In this document: positions 62,868-64,000 of the stretch, piece after piece | How the letters are laid out: each line of letters starts with the position of its first letter | How positions within the stretch are numbered: the first letter of the stretch is position 1 | From: Phoronis australis | Taxonomy: Eukaryota > Animalia > Phoronida | Direction: 5' to 3' | Length of the DNA: 64,000 bases | NCBI GenBank assembly: GCA_002633005.1 | Contig: NMRA01000205.1 | Coordinates: forward strand, 637,688-701,687 | Program-made: the position numbers and the translations under genes | The notes under the pieces: generated by a model | What the model saw: the letters and a program-made list of their open reading frames with translations, nothing else | What the model was told of the DNA's origin: nothing | Database searches by the model: none

Positions 62868-64000
62868 CGGCCATCGACGACTCCCGTTAGATTCTCCGCA
62901 GCAGCTTGTCCTATGTCCGAACAACAGTAGGCCTACATATATTTCGTGATCTTGTTCAGTTACCTTGTGTAGACTGTATGTTGTGATACTTTCTTTAGTT
63001 TACCACACTTTCACCGACACCACGTAGTATACTGTGCATTGTGATATTTTCAATACTTACTTAGTTACCCCACTTACACACCAGGTACTCCATACCGTGT
63101 GTTGTGATATTTAGTTACCATGCTATCACACCACGTTGTCCTAGATATGAGTATGCTATTCTTTGAAATGAAAATAAAAACACATTTCACATTGCACTGG
63201 TTTTAAAATTTTCAGACATTCCGAAGCCTTATAAATACGTCTTACTGGCAGGTTGTTGAACGTCACAACAGCCGGGCCAGGAAGCTTGCACACCACTTTC
63301 ACATCGGTATATGGTTTACTCATAGGCATCTTGTGATGTGTATGGTTTACTAGTACAACAGAAGAGTAGCTACTTTTACATGACGTAACCCGGTCCCTCC
63401 AAATTATTAAACATCCTGGCATACCGCGACACCACCACAGCCAGATTTTTTTTACGGCTGGCGCATATCGTCACATTGACTGCTTCTGGCGCGTCGCGGA
63501 TACGATGTTTTCTCTATAATTCGTACACTGTTCGTACAGGACCCTTGAAATATGCCATTTGTCCCCAATAGTTCGTACAGTAAGAGTCCGAGGGAAAAAT
63601 AGTTCGTGCACTAGTGTACGAACTAATAGAGAAAACACCGTATAGACGACTATCAAAACCGGCAATTAAAATTACTTTGTGTATGGTTGTTTATTGTCAC
63701 CTTTATAGCATCAACCACGGCACCAGATTTCAAAACTCGAACTGTTGTAGAAGTTTTACAATTTACACAGTTAACTCATCAAAATATCAACACCAGGTGA
63801 TTATGCACTCAGTGACGACCCGTGATGGACAAGCATCATCGAGGAGATAGGACATGGGGTGGCTTCCATGATCACCCAGCGACTCAGGAAGGTGAAGGCG
63901 GAGGATTCGGCATGATGATGGGTATCTGTGGCGGCGACCCGAGATTAATCAGAGGTGCTGGCCATGGATTCCCTGGAAGAGGAATGCATATGTTTGCCGG

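Overview
AT-rich, intron-containing eukaryotic (invertebrate metazoan-like) DNA from a draft, probably heterozygous assembly: single-N joins carry duplicated overlaps and there is one ~700-nt gap. Hand splicing with GT-AG sites and consistent phases gives three complete genes: MRPL51 (+, 3 coding exons), GOPC/PIST (-, 9 coding exons) and, head-to-head with GOPC, a DUF4140/DUF4139 (C. elegans F37C4.5-like) gene (+, 22930-49985). There is also an orphan CDC42 first coding exon with a degenerate P-loop (-) and a secreted cystine-knot precursor resembling the trunk/PTTH/noggin-like group (+, 62310-62867). The most interesting structure is in the 16-kb interval of the DUF4139 gene (28945-45088). 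It holds a cluster of phase-2/phase-0 alternative linker exons: two clearly paralogous and frame-incompatible (mutually exclusive), one further candidate, one decayed copy, and one encoding a clear R-SNARE (synaptobrevin/VAMP)-like motif behind an in-frame TAG. Introns carry Helentron/DINE-1-like elements, MITEs and minisatellites. All family assignments come from motif recall, not database searches.
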